Shown in pieces: positions 1 through 13,519 of a DNA stretch of 64,000 nucleotides. The stretch is from Octopus sinensis (Eukaryota): NCBI RefSeq assembly GCF_006345805.1, contig NC_043001.1:33604001-33668000 (forward strand). The letters run 5' to 3'. Positions within the stretch are counted from its first letter, which is position 1. Each line of letters opens with the position of its first letter. A program made the translations under genes and the position numbers. A model generated the notes under the pieces. That model searched no databases and was not told the DNA's origin. It saw only the letters and a list, made by a program, of their open reading frames with translations.

Positions 1-24
1 TATCAAAGTATCAAAGTATCAAAG

Positions 25-68
<44 letters not shown>

Positions 69-283
69 TATATATTTCTTTTATATATATTCTACTTATT
101 GTATAACATTACTCTTTTATGTACACTTTTTTATGTATACTCCTTTATGTACACTGTTTTGCTCTACTTTTTTATGTTTAACCCTATAGTTTCTTATGTG
201 GTGGTTTAATAAAGTATGTGATTGAGTATTATCTGGTAATTGATATTTGATTTAGATGTATTTCTCCATTTTCTTATTTTGTA

Positions 284-341
<58 letters not shown>

Positions 342-558
342 TATATATATGTATATATATATGTATACATATATACTCTTTTACTCTCTACCTGTTTCAG
401 TCATTTGACTGTGGCCATGCTGGAGCACCACCTTTAGTCGAGCAAATCGGCCCCAGGACTTATTCTATTTTGCCGAACCGCTAAGTTACGGGGACGTAAC
501 ACATAAGCATCGGTTGTCAAACAATGTTGAGCAGACAAACACAGACACACAAACATAT

Positions 559-603
<45 letters not shown>

Positions 604-1023
604 GCTTCTTTCAGTTTCCATCTACCAAATCCACTCACAAGGATTTGATCACTTGCCCAAGGTGTCATGCAGTGGGACTGAACTGGAACCATGTGGCTTG
701 TAAGCAAGCTACTTGCCCCACGGCCACTCCTCATATATATATATCATCATCATCGTTTAACGTCTGTTTTCCATGCTAGCATGGGTTGGACAGTTTGACT
801 GGGGTCTAATAAGCCAGGAGGCTGCACCAGGCTCCAGTCTGATCTGGCAGTGTTTCTACAGCTGGATGCCCTTCCTAAACGCCAACCACTAACTGTCTAA
901 GGAACAGGTGTATCCAAAGGCACTCCTGGTATTACCTCAGTATGTATGGTCTTTGTTATAAGTTATATGGCAGTAGGTAATTTAAAAGGTAAAACTGTGG
1001 TTGAATATATATATAAAAAACAA

Positions 1024-1795
1024 TAAGAAATGGAGCAATAATAACAGTTAGAAGTAGATCATTGGTACGGACAGATGCCTCATCAATGACAGAAGGGGGC
1101 GACCAGATCTGGGAGCTTTTTCCACAAAGTTCCGACCATGTTTGAATTCACGATGCCAGCGTTTTACAAGGTCATATGATGGGGCATCATCACCATAAGT
1201 TACTTTTATTTCATCAAAATTTTCCCGTGGTGTGCGTCCTTTCAAATACAAAAACCGCATCACTGCTCGACACTCAACAGGCTCCGTTTCACACTTGACT
1301 CAGTTCAAACACCTGTAAATCAGAAACCACAATTAGTTCAGAGCTGTAATTTGCCACTTAATCTATAGAGATATAAATAATTGCACATGCAAAATTTCAG
1401 CTAGATCAAACAACTGCAAGTGGGTCAGAGGCATTACTTATTGAACGCCCCTCGTAAAGTCATTTAATAATGATGATAATATTTTACAGCTGTTTCAGTA
1501 TATATAGCTGGGGTAAATTTGCATTTACCTTTTTGCAATTGATAGACATCATCAGAACAATTATATGTCAAAGATAAATAGAAGTAAATAGGAAGATGTA
1601 AAGAAAGGAAAGGAAAAAAAGAAGTAAAATGTTTGTTAATTCAATAGTCTTACATTTTAGTAAGGTCCATAATTCCATATATCAGTTGGAGCTTGATATA
1701 CCGAAACAGTTGTAAACATACTTTCCTTGTTATTAAATAACTTTAAAACACCAAAGATCTACTTCTAACTGTTATTATTGCTCCATTTCTTATCT
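1024..1795. mobile_element. Inverted-repeat element (possibly Penelope-like pLTR pair) interrupted by the mariner
   Basis: 1024-1060 is the reverse complement of 1756-1792, and the complementarity resumes at 1457-1510 versus 1689-1745. Confidence 0.55.
1066..1456 (-). mobile_element. Truncated mariner transposon (5' TIR plus N-terminal HTH)
   Basis: ORF 1048..1263 has YGDDAPSYDLVKRWHREFKHGR...APRSGRP; TIR-like TACGAGGGGCGTTCAATAAGTAATGC begins at 1456 on the minus strand. Confidence 0.88.
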
Positions 1796-2265
1796 TTTGA
1801 TATATACATAGGTGCAGGCATGGATGTGTGGTAAGAAGCTTGCTTCCGAACTACATGGCTCCACGTTCAGTTCCACTGTGTGGCACCTTGGGCATGTGTC
1901 TTCTACTGTAGCTTCAGGCTGATCAAAGCCTTGTGAGTGGATTTGTGAGGCAGAAACTAAAAGAAGCCCATCATGTGTGTGTGTATGTGTGTGTGTGTGT
2001 TTGTCTCCTACCAACACTTGACAACTGATGGTAGTGTGTTTATGTCCATGTAACCTAGTGGTTTGGCAAAAGAGACCGATAGAATAAGTACTAGGCTTAC
2101 AAAGAATAAGTCCTGGTGTTGATTTCTTCAACTAAAAACCCCTTTAAGTTGGTGCTCCAGTATGGCCATAGTCAAATGACTGAAATGTGTAAAAGAATAA
2201 AAGAATCAACATATATATATATATATTGGGAAGCAAGTTTCTTACCACACAGCCATGCCTGCCCT

Positions 2266-2347
<82 letters not shown>

Positions 2348-2361
2348 TATATATACATATA

Positions 2362-2777
2362 GGCGCAGGAGTGGCTGTGTGGTAAGTAGCTTGCTTACCA
2401 ACCACATGGTTCCGGGTTCAGTCCCACTGTATGGCACCTTGGGCAAGTGTCTTCTACTATAGCCTCGGGCCAACCAAAGCCTTGTGAGTGGATTTGGTAG
2501 ACGGAAACTGAAAGAAGCCCGTCGTATATATGTATATATATATATGTATGTGTGTGTGTGTTTGTGTGTCTGTGTTTGTCCCCCTAGCATTGCTTGACAA
2601 CCGATGCTGGTGTGTTTACGTCCCCGTCACTTAGCGGTTCGGCAAAAGAGACCAATAGAATAAGTACTGGGCTTACAAAGAATGAGTCCCGGGGTCGATT
2701 TGCTCGACTAAAGGCGGTGCTCCAGCATGGCCGCAGTCAAATGACTGAAACAAGTAAAAGAGTAAAGAGTAAAGAGT
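2362..2777 (+). mobile_element. tRNA-derived SINE family A, full copy with internal (TA)n(TG)n and (GTAAAAGA)n tail
   Basis: A/B-box-like head (TGGCTGTGTGG...GGTTCAGTCCC). Other copies at about 377-730(-), 1811-2205, 8550-8956(-), 12522-12852, 20255-20586, 23031-23390(-), 25918-26302, 34956-35478(-), 54953-55387. Confidence 0.88.
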
Positions 2778-2879
2778 ATACATATATATATATATTTGAA
2801 TAAAAGAAGGGTAAAATTACCGCTTGCCAAAGATGAAAGCGAAAGCTTCAAAAACCACCAATCCTACAATAAATACAAA

Positions 2880-4560
2880 CATGAGCAATGTAATGAACAC
2901 TTTTAAAGTTTTTGACAGAGTCCCCCGATCCCTTATCTGGAGGACAATGTGGAAACTAAAGATAGAAGAGTGGTTGTACAGGAAAGCTACCAGTAAGTTG
3001 AGGGTGGACAACGGGTACAGTGAAGAACCCTACATAGTAGTCTGGACAACCTTACATAGTACTCTGGACCCCCTTGGGATGCGATGGTCACCTAGAGCGT
3101 GGCTGTTCTGCGTGGCCCTACCCGTAAATTAATGGGACAGATCACGTCATGATATCGACCATGTGGATCATGTGGTCCTCCCAGCGACAGCCTCCAAGCT
3201 GCCGGCATCGGTCGCTGTGGCATCCATGTTGACATGCACGAGACCGTGAGCTTTTGTGCATTACCGACGATCGCGAGCAAAAGAGCGCGGAGCTCTTGGC
3301 GAAATGAAAACAACGCATGGCAGCATGGTGGAGAGGTGGAAAGCACAATCGGACAAGCAGCAGTGATAACCACGTGGTCACAGTCGCGGTCAGTGGCTGA
3401 GCCACCAGCAGCCGAGTCAGACATGGTACTGCAACGGGAGCACAGGACACCGCTGCGACAGTCACCATGCGGCAGCAGCCACAGCGTGTACACAAAGGAA
3501 GGTAGCCCGGTGCAGGTCGCATGAAGGCTGTGGCCATCACAGGGCTCCGGGCAGCATTGGCAGTCGTTGGTGCCGCAGTGCAGTCGAAGCCGGAGACATC
3601 GACCTGCTGGCTTGTGCCCCTTAATGTAGTCGGGACCCCCTCAGGGTGCGACAGTCATCTAGAGCGTGGCTGTTCCACATGGCCCAACCTGTAAATTTAC
3701 AGGACGGACCACATCCCGATATCGACCACTTGGATCATGCGGACCTCCCAGTGACAGCAGCCAGGCTGCCAGCATCGGTCACGGTGGCGTCCATGTTGAT
3801 GCGCGCGAGACCGTGAGCTTTTGTGCATTACTAACGATTGTGAGCACGAGAGCGCAGAGCTATCAGCGAAATGTATGCAGTGCATGGCATGGCTGCAGAG
3901 TGCGCATTCGGCCAAGCAGTGGTAATGATCATGTGGCCGCATGCGTAACACATGGACACACACACTCACAATTGATATCGCCGCCAAGACAATGGCCTCT
4001 TGATCGCACTGCCAGACACGAGGTACAGAGCTATCGGCAAAGTGCAGGTGCTGCACAGCAGCATGGTGGAGGGCGGATTTGGCTGAGTGACAGTAATGAC
4101 CCCGCAACCACGTCCCCATTGGACAAACTCATTAGCCGTCAACAGCCACATTGGCCGCATGTATAACACACGGACACACACACTTGTGGCAGATATCCAA
4201 GTACAGTGAAGAATTCAGGGGCCACCAAGGATTGATGCTCAGTCCCATCTTGTTCATTATAGTCCTCCAGGCAATAAAAGAGGAATTCAAGACAGGCAGC
4301 TCCTGGGAGCTCCTCTATGCTGGTGACCTTGCTCTTATAGCTGAATCACTACCTGAACGGGAGAAGTTCGAAGTACAGAAGCATGGTCTAGAATCAAAGG
4401 GCCTTAGCATTAACCTAGCAAAAACCAAAGTCATTTTAAGTAGGAAGGCAGACAAATCATAAATCCCTTCAGGTTGATAGCCCTGCTCAATCTGTAGAAA
4501 ATGTGTAGGTAGAAACTCTATAAGATGCACCCAGTGTAAGCTTTGGACACATAAAAGGTG
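2880..4560 (+). mobile_element. RTE-type LINE reverse transcriptase fragment, split by an insert at 3028-4200
   Basis: FDRVPRSLIWRTMWKLKI, then HQGLMLSPILFII and ELLYAGDLAL; similar to the copy at 15.9-17.5 kb. Confidence 0.85.
3028..4200. repeat. GC/CpG-rich dimeric insert (two diverged units, period about 580 bp)
   Basis: 3050-3310 aligns with 3620-3875; flanked by GTACAGTGAAGAA at 3015-3027 and 4201-4213. Confidence 0.75.
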
Positions 4561-4659
4561 TGTGTAGGGTGATGGGAGAATAAGGACGGAAGGAGAAAGG
4601 TAACATGCTCAGACTGCTGTTGCTACACACACACACACACACACACACACATCACTTCA

Positions 4660-6005
4660 AGAGCTCAGTTTCACCATGGTGAGAGGGTCTTCCTGAGAAC
4701 CATAGTGGTCCTCATCTTGGTCCCTTTTCATCTCCTCTTTGAGGCTCAGGGTCCTGAAAAATGCCTTCACCACTTCATTCCATATCTTCTTGGGTCTCCT
4801 TCTTTCACTAGCTCCATCCACATAAAGTGACTGGCACTTCTTTATACAGATATCCTCACCCATACCCATCACATGTCCATACCAGCACAGTCTTCTTTCT
4901 TACATACTACATCTGATTCCTTCTACGTCCAGTTTTTCCCTCAGCACATTTTTACTATGTTGTCCATGTACACATACATTGCATATCCAATAGAGCATGC
5001 TCACCCTATTTCTTTTCCATCTCCTCAAGTTCTATGGGTTTACAGCTCATGTCCCATTAGCATGCAGCATTGCAGTTCTAACACAAGCATAATACAATCT
5101 GCCCTTTACTGTGTGGAGAAAGACACTTGTTACCAACAGCAATAGTAACTCCCTGAACTTCCTTCAAGCCATTCTCACTTAGACTACTGTACCTTCAAAG
5201 CAATCATTTCCTTTACTAATTACACCTCCCAAGTTTTAAATTTTATGAGCCATCCAGGCATTCAAGTCTATTTCCAGTGGGCTCATAGTATTTACTTCTG
5301 CAATGCATCTATCTCATATGAAAATTTTCTTTGTTAATCTGTTTATGATTCCACTACATTACTTGTGTGTCCATAGCTTGAGTACAGTGTTTGGAGTTTA
5401 TACCAACTTGTTTTCTGTATATCAGGCATAGTCATCAGGGTTCTGTTTTCTTCCTCACTCACTAAAACTTTTGTCTTTGCTATGTTTACCTTGTGGCCTC
5501 TTGATTATGGGTTTGGTTTCCATGCCTAGAATTTCCTCTTTAATTCTCTTATAGAACTTGCTCACAACATCATAAGCAGAAAGTGTAACCTCTCAAAAGA
5601 GCTGTTCTTCACTCCTGTTCCAGATCGTCGGCTGCAGGGTCACTCCAAAAAGCTCTATCTGCGACGATTTCATCTCAATCAAAGGAGAGGGGCTTTCTCC
5701 GTCCGGGTTGCGGATCTGTGGAATAAGCTGCCGGACGAAATAGTGAAGATGCCGATGACCGCTCAGTTCAAAGTCTCTCTTGACCAGAAATGGCCAGAAC
5801 TCCTTGCATGAACACCCTCCCTGTACATAACTCCATGTCCCCCTACATGGCCTTGCTTTTGCTTTTTGAGCCAAAAAATTAACTTAACTTAACTTAGATC
5901 ATCAGTAAATAGAAGTTCCTATGCATAACCAGTCTAAATCTCCTCTGTGATGGCCTGTAAGAAAATTATGGATAGGAGGGGGCTGAGAACTGAGCCTCAA
6001 AGGAG
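4660..6005 (-). mobile_element. Decayed RTE-type LINE 3' portion
   Basis: Minus-strand peptides KKCQSLYVDG..RRRPKKIWNEVVK and ELLFTDDL; similar to 16.5-17.5 kb. Confidence 0.75.
5580..5896 (+). mobile_element. CR1/L2-type LINE 3' end with (AACTT)n tail, nested in the RTE fragment
   Basis: RLQGHSKKLY...FSVRVADLWNKLPDEIV...FKVSLD peptide followed by a short tandem tail. Confidence 0.8.
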
Positions 6006-7322
6006 TCCCTCTCTTGCTAAATTTGTAACTCAAGACGTTGTTGATTCTCACTTTTCTTTCTGCATCTTTATATATGGCTTATACAGTCCTAAGCTATTTT
6101 TGTGTTTGATTTCCTCTGAGAGGAACAAATTTTCCATGTCTGTCTCCAGGACATCTTTCCAACTCTTACTTAATACTACCTCAACAAAGTTAATTTTTCA
6201 GCATATAATTATACTATATTTGTATGTACCCTCAAATTATATTACATATCTATGTTTGTATAGTCCTTACTCCTGCATTCAATACCCAATGACTTTGCTA
6301 TCCAACTATTTCCAAAGAGAAAACGTGATCAGCTAATTCTATATGATACTAGCTCAGAGACCAACAGCTTATATCCTATTACTGGTATTGTGGCCAAAAC
6401 ATATGAGTTTCAAACTGCCCACTATTATATAAAAAACTAAGCTATCAAATGACTTACACTAAATATTGACAATATTGTTATATGTTATACTTCGCTGAGG
6501 AGATGAAATAAAGTTAAAGCATGTCCTTTGAAGTTGTTACCATATTGCCAAGATCAGACTTGTAGCAGCAAAAGCAGTCAGCATCATATTGGATGAGATC
6601 TTGCGGCAGCCACTGCCATCTCCAAGACTGGAGCAAGACCTCACTTGCATCCATTTGCCATGCACGAGATCACAATGTAGTGACGTCATTCTTCAGTGTG
6701 TGTGTGCGGGGCTGGTACCTTCTGGAAAGGCCTAAGGAAGTTCCCTAATGCACATGCACTAAAAACTGGGAACGAGAATTCTATGGCATTCATTGGAGAG
6801 AGAAGACGTGTTTAATGTGTTATCAGCCTATTCTCCTGTCTCAGACGCTTGGGATTTGACCGGCTCTGTTGCTGCTGGTGTTGTTGTGAGGTTTATCTTT
6901 ACAAATGTTTAACTTCAGTCTTGCTGTACCTACACCAAGTGGTTACCAATTTACCAACGTGCCTTCTTTATGAAAATAATGAAATAAAGTGTCATATTTT
7001 TTAAGGTTGCTTTCTTGTTCCTGACACCGGTAGATTTTGGAAACAAAGAAGGAAATTGTGTTGTACCCAAACAGTGCAAAAGACCCAACCTGTTCCAGAC
7101 AGTACCTTTACAACAACGAGGCTCGCGATGGCAAACTGAATATAAGGACAAAAAGAAAGAGATTCAGTCTTTTTCTTTCCGCCTCTTAGCAGCAGCGCTT
7201 GCTGATCGCACTCCATTGGCTGGGCCTGTCTGTATGTTGTACCTCCAAAGGCAATGTGCCTGCACAAATGGAGCTACTACACAATGCACACAGCTAAAGA
7301 TGGTTGCTGAGAGCAGTACACT

Positions 7323-7408
7323 TCACCTATCCTGTGAACCTGTAAATAAACCAGTTGTAAATTGCATTTGTGCTTGAAATCTTCTCTCTTCGCCTGCCGG
7401 AGCCTGAA
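7323..7408 (-). CDS. Alternative candidate TBRG1 terminal exon (VQAPAGEERRFQAQMQFTTGLFTGSQDR*)
   Basis: Strong pyrimidine tract plus TAG acceptor, phase-1 open frame, followed by about 850 nt of unique sequence. Confidence 0.22.
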
Positions 7409-8549
7409 CTACACAAAGAACAAAAAGAGATTATGGAGGAAGGCAATATTCTCCCAATATCATAAACCTTGCCATCCATTATAGACTTATTCTCAAAGCA
7501 TTGTTTAGAGTTTATTTTTATGTAACTTTAATGAGATGACATGCAAATTCATGAAGCATTCCATATTTTTAAATTGTAGTTGTGATACCTGTGCTGGCGG
7601 CCGATGCCAGTGCCGCCTTGACTAGCTTCTGTGCCAGTAGCACATAAGAAGCATCAACTGATCATGGTCGTTGCCAGCATTGCCTGACACCTGTGCTGGT
7701 GGCACGTAAAAAGCACCCACTACACTCACGGAGTAGTTAGCATTAAGAAGAGCATCCAGCTGTAGAAACACTGCCAGATCAGACTGGAGCCTGGTGCAGC
7801 CTCCTGGCTTCCCAGACCCTGGTTGAACCATCCAACCCAATGGACATTAAACGATGATGATGATGATGATGATGAACTAAAATTTGGGGCGTTACTACAT
7901 TAAAAATATTATTACCAGCCTTATCATTTAATATATAAACCGTCTGGTTGAACCAAAGCTGATGAGATATAATTAAGTTGAAATTAAGATACCCCAATTA
8001 TTAGAACTGTATTTTCTCCCTTGGGTTCATATAATCTAAGAATTATTTTAAACAAAAACTAGAAACACAATCTGATAAGCGTTTGGTGCAGATGTGTCAG
8101 AAAGAATACTAAAAATAATCACCCAATAGTCACAAAACAATTCTATTGTAGGATACTACCTTTGTTTTCAGCTGTATAATCACTAATAATAAACTTTGAT
8201 CACAATGTTAAAATTCGAAGGATTGAAATTTAACAATACACTGTTTCAATTACTGAATGATACTTAGTAGGTTTATCAGTAAACTTCTTTGGATAACAAC
8301 TGATTAAATGCTGGACTGTAAAGTCCCAGTTTTTGATTGACTTTCTCTTGTGGGTAGGAGGGGATTGTGTGTGTATGTATGTGTGTGTGCATGCATGTGT
8401 GTGTATGTGTGTGTATATTGTTTTTGTTTTACCTTTTTTCTATTGTTATTCAAATTTTCCTTCCTGTCTACCCTATTTGTATCTCGATGCAATGCATATT
8501 TCCTTCTTCCTTCTATCTATTACTTTCTTTATTCTTCTCTTTTCCTTTA

Positions 8550-8956
8550 CTCTTTTACTTGTTTCAGTCATTTGACTGCGGCCATGCTGGAGCACCGCCT
8601 TTAGTCGAGCAACTCGACCCCGGGACTTATTCTTTTTGTAAGCCCAGTACTTATTCTATCGGTCTCTTTTTGCCGAACCGCTAAGTGACGGAGGACATAA
8701 ACACACCAGCATTGGTTGTCAAGCAATGCTAGTGGGACAAACACAGACACACAAACACACACACACACATACATATATATATATACATATATACGACAGG
8801 CTTCTTTCAGTTTCCATCTACCAAATCCTCTCACAAGGCATTGGTTGGGCCGAGGCTATAGCAGAAGACACTTGCCCAAGATGCCATGCAGTGGGACTGA
8901 ACCCGGAACCATGTGGTTGGTAAGCAAGCTACTTACCACACAGCCACTCCTGCGCC
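8550..8956 (-). mobile_element. SINE family A copy
   Basis: Reverse complement of 2362-2777. Confidence 0.88.
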
Positions 8957-9248
8957 TTTGATTTTTTTCTTTTTTCTGCCTTCTCTCTCTCTCCCTCCCT
9001 CTCTTTGTGTCTTCCATTTTTCTGCATCCCCTTTTTGTGTCACCTCAATTGATTCTACAAATCCAACATCCTTTAATGATTTTAACAAACTAGGAAGGGC
9101 ATCCAGCTGTAGAAACTCTGCCAAATCAAGATTGGAGCCTGGTGCAGCCATCTGGTTCTCCAGTCCTCAGTCAAATCGTCCAATCCATGCTAGTATGGAA
9201 AGCGGACATTAAACGATGATGATGATGACGGTGATGATGAGGATGATG

Positions 9249-9581
9249 AGGGTGTTCAAACTAAATTCGATGATGTTTTATATCGCATTTTTGGAGAAAC
9301 AGCTTGATGTATCAGTGAAAATTTAATGGCACTGAAGAGCATAGTGATTAAAGTTGTAGTTGAGAAAAAGTTAGCTGACATGGAGGATTGGAAGCTGTCT
9401 AAATATTGGAAAAGATTACCTGTCATGATGATTTGCACCGGATATCAAAATGCCAACATCATGACTGTTGCTCAATGCTTTGTGAACACTGTAAAGGTTG
9501 TAACATATGACATGGACAGCTGCAATGAAGACTATGAAGCTGTGACCAGCAAGAAAGTATACAACAGGCATTGTGACTGTA

Positions 9582-9612
<31 letters not shown>

Positions 9613-9632
9613 CCACCACCACCACCACCACC

Positions 9633-9665
<33 letters not shown>

Positions 9666-10425
9666 GTTTAACGTTCGCTTTCCATGCTAGCATGGGTTGG
9701 ACCATTTGACTGAGGACTGGCGAACCAGCTGGCTGCACCAGGCTCCAATCTTGATCTGGCAGAGTTTCTACAGCTGGATGCCCTTCCTAACACCAACCAC
9801 TCCGAGTGTGTAGTGGGTGCTTTTACGTGCCACCGGCACAAGGGCCAGTCATGCAGTACTGGCAACGGCCACAAAAAATTGGCTTTTTTTGCTTTGTTTT
9901 TTATGTGTCACCAGCACACCAGCACAAGTGCTAGTAAGACATATACCGAGATTCATCCAACAGCATGGGACAGAGCTTTAGGCTCAATTCAAACAGCTAT
10001 GTGAAACTGCTGGAGATCATGGTCAAACTCTGGCTAGTGAGGGTTGCTGCTGCTGGAAGGCCTTATGTGTGGCAGTAGGATTGGCTCTTGGCTATATCTC
10101 CAGAAAGAGTCAGAAATGGTTGTCAGAGAATCTCTATGACTTCACCAGCCCCAATTTCTAGCCCCCTAATTTCCTTATTTGGAATCCTGAAACACCAAGG
10201 CTGAGCTGGTGGTCAGAACCAAGGAGATGTTCAAAAACCTTCCCAGAGACGTAGTGAGGAACATATGTGCCAGGTTCCAGAGCTGTTTTGTGGCCATGCG
10301 GGAAGCTGAGAGTGACTCCCTTTAGTAAACTGTTATCTACCAGCCATAATCTAGTTAATATCTAGGATATAATGTCTTCTTTCTCCTACTGGGCAAACTG
10401 TCAAATTTAGTCCAAACACCCTGTA
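9249..10425 (+). mobile_element. Decayed Tc1/mariner-superfamily element with both TIRs, interrupted by a (GAT)-tail repeat at about 9585-9930
   Basis: AGGGTGTTCAAACTAAATT at the left end pairs with AATTTAGTCCAAACACCCTGTA at the right end; relic YVWQxD...QKWLSEN...PPN transposase motifs. Confidence 0.75.
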
Positions 10426-10610
10426 GAACAAAATCACAAATTTTGAGAAACAAGATAAGTAAAAGTGAATTTAATCAGCCCCCTATATTTTACTGGTAGT
10501 TATTTTATAAATGTTAGAGTGCAGTATAGTGCCAGGCTGACCAAAGCCTTGTGAGTAAATGGTTGATGGAAACTGAAAGGAACACATACTATCTACATAC
10601 ATACACATAC

Positions 10611-11476
10611 TATTGGATTGTCCGGAAAGTTTGTGCTGATTTTTAAAGGAAAGAAAAAGGTCAATAAATACTTGCCATTACATTTTTAATCAACCAAATA
10701 TGAACCATTTTGTTGCACAATGCATCTCCATCTTTCCTTTAACTTGAAAATACCCTCTTTCCAGAATTGAGGTGGTTTCATGGCAAAAAATTCATCATGG
10801 TATCTTTTTACATCATCCAAGGAATTGAAATTTTTACCATTAAGACTATTCTGCAGAGACCTGAATAAGTGGAAATCCAAAGGAGCAATATCTGGTGAAT
10901 ATGGAATGTGGGGTAACACATCCCAGCTGAGCTGCAGCAATTTTTGTCTGGTTCCCAAAGAAACGTGCGGTCTTGCATTATCATGTTGGAAAACAACACC
11001 CTTCCTGTTGGCCAATTCTGGACGTTTCTCTTGAATTGCTGCTTTTAACTCATCCAGTTGTGTGCAGTATTTCTCAGAATTAATTGTCTGGTTACTTGGT
11101 AGAAGCTCATACTACAGAATTCCTTTCCAATCCCACCAGACACAAAGCAAGACTTTTTTAGGGTGAAGACCCGCTTTTGGGGTGGCTAAGCTCTTGTTGC
11201 TTACTCCAGGATTGCTTTCTCTGAACATTTTGGTAGATAATCCATTTCTCATCACCTGTCACATTTTGCTTTAAAAAAGGTGCATTTTCAGTCCGTTTAT
11301 AAAGCTAATCACAGATGGAAATGCGATCCGAAAGTTCTTCTCACTCAACTCATATAGTACCCAAACATCGTAGCGATTTGTGTACCCAAGCTTTACCAGG
11401 TGCTCATGAATGACAGATTTTGATAGGTTGAGGCTTTCTGCCAATTCTCGGGTTGTGCAATGTGGGTTATTCTCAA
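10611..11476 (-). mobile_element. Mariner transposase pseudogene (DD34D catalytic region) with 3' TIR
   Basis: TGDEKWI, HDNARPH, PYSPDIAPLDFHLF and LKERWRCIVQQNGSY motifs; frameshifted, and 5' truncated by a SINE. Confidence 0.93.
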
Positions 11477-12367
11477 TATATGTATATATTTGTACGTGAA
11501 TCTCTGTGTTTGTCCCCTCACCATCAATTGACAACTGATGCAGGTGTGTTTATGTCCCCGTAGCTTTGCAGTTTTGCAAAAGAGACTGATAGAGTAAGTT
11601 CTAGGCTTGCAAAGAATAAGTCCTGGGGTCAGTTTGTTCAACTAAAGATGGTGCTCCAGTATGGCCACAGTCAAATGACTGAAACAAATGAAAGATTATA
11701 AGGTCCTGGTAAGGTGTAAAGATGGGGGGGGGGCTTCCAATGCAGAGCCCAACCGAAATCCTGGATAATCAATACTGTCAGATTCCAGACTAATACTGAA
11801 ATTCTTCAGGTGTAGAAAATCCTGGTTTTATGACAGTAAGACTATTGTGTGGTTTTAGTGAAGAGTAAAATATAATCAAATATTAAAACAATGAACTACT
11901 TTAACTCATCTTTAATGATCAGTTACAATTATTTCAATGCCAGTTTATGTAAACTGGCGTTGAAAGCAGAGTTGGTACATAATAGTTGGCAAGTGGTATT
12001 TTTATCCTTCTTCTATTCAAATATATATATATATATGTTATATGTATATATATATATATGTGTGTGTGTGTGTATAAACATATATATATATATTGTGCAG
12101 GTGGCACGTAAAAAACACCGACTACACTCGCGGAGTGGTTGGCGTTAGGAAGGGCATCCAGCCGTAGAAACACTGCCAGACCAGACTGGAGCCTGGGGCA
12201 GCCCCTGGCTCCCCAGACCCCGGTCGAACCGTCCAACCCGTGCTAGCGCGGAAAACGGACGTTAAACGATGATGATGATGATGATGATATATGATATATA
12301 TATATAAGTGCAGGCATGGCTGTGGTAAGAAACTTGCTTTCCAATATATATATATAAAGGGTACCAA

Positions 12368-12455
12368 TCAATATTAGATTTGTACGAACTAATATTAGAT
12401 TTGTTCCAACCAATATTAGATTGTACTGACCAATATTAGATTTGTACCGACCAAT
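12368..12455. repeat. About 21-bp minisatellite (CAATATTAGATTTGTACNRAC), 4 copies
   Basis: Direct inspection. Confidence 0.85.
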
Positions 12456-13519
12456 TCTAGAAAACTTACTGATCAACTTCAGAATTATTTTTTCAATACA
12501 TATTCCAAAATAAAATATCTTAGGAGTGGCTATGTGGTAAGTAGCTTGCTCACGAACCACATGGTTCCAGGTTCAGTCAAACTGCATGGCACCTTGGGCA
12601 AGTGTCTTCTACTATAGACTCAGGCCGACCAAAGCCTTGTGAGTGGATTTGGTAGATGGAAACTGAAAAAAGAAGCCCGTCATATATATACATGTTTGTG
12701 TGTCACCATAACTTAGCAGTTCGGCAAAAGAGACTGATAGTATAAGTACTAGGCTTACAAAGAATAAGTCCTGGGGTTGATTTGCGCGACTAAAGGCAGT
12801 GCTTCAGCATCGCCACAGTCAAATCACTGAAACAAGAAAAAGAGTAAAAGAGAACCCAAATATTTTTAATATGTACACTTTATAATCAGGGATTTTACCA
12901 CCATATTACCATTATATCAATTAAAGGTTTTTTTGAATGCAAGTTTCTGCTTAGAGACATCAGCTGTCAATACTCTTTTTTTTTTGTAAATTTCCTGAAG
13001 AAGGGATCCTGACTCTGAAATATTGAAATACCAGGTAATAGTGCTAACCATTGGTTTTAAATGCTGTTGGTAAACAAGCTTATAGGCATACAGTTTTAAA
13101 TGGGGATATACTGTTGTAAGCAATCGCTACTGGTAAACTGAACTGTTACAAAAGACAGCAAAAGGAAGAAGAGAAATCTTAAAATAGCCTAGATTGATTA
13201 CTGTGAACTATTTGAGAGTATACCACTAATAGATACTAACAAAGACCATGTCAAAATGGAAAGCAACCATGCCTCCATATAACAAAAAGAAGGTAATTAA
13301 AACCAGTAATTATACCTATAAGAAATGGATTCTCCTCGAGAGACTACTTATCTGCTGTACTCTTGCATAGCTTGACTTCATTGATGAATCTGTTAAGGGA
13401 AACTACCAATGGTTCTAGATGCTATGGGTAAACTATAGACCATCCGCTCTGTTCAGGTGAATTTACAATATTTACAAGCAGTAATATCCAGTTGGGAAAC
13501 GCTTTAAATTGTTAGTAAA

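Noticed and set aside
2362-2435. tRNA gene
   Set aside because: It is the tRNA-derived head of a multi-copy SINE, with no complete cloverleaf or terminator.
240-2590. YIYIYI and HTHT ORFs here and throughout the window
   Set aside because: Products of (TA)n and (CA)n microsatellites and SINE bodies.
3092-4181. Overlapping 130-166-aa ORFs
   Set aside because: Expected in GC-rich repeat DNA; frames are not preserved between the two units and no domain is recognisable.
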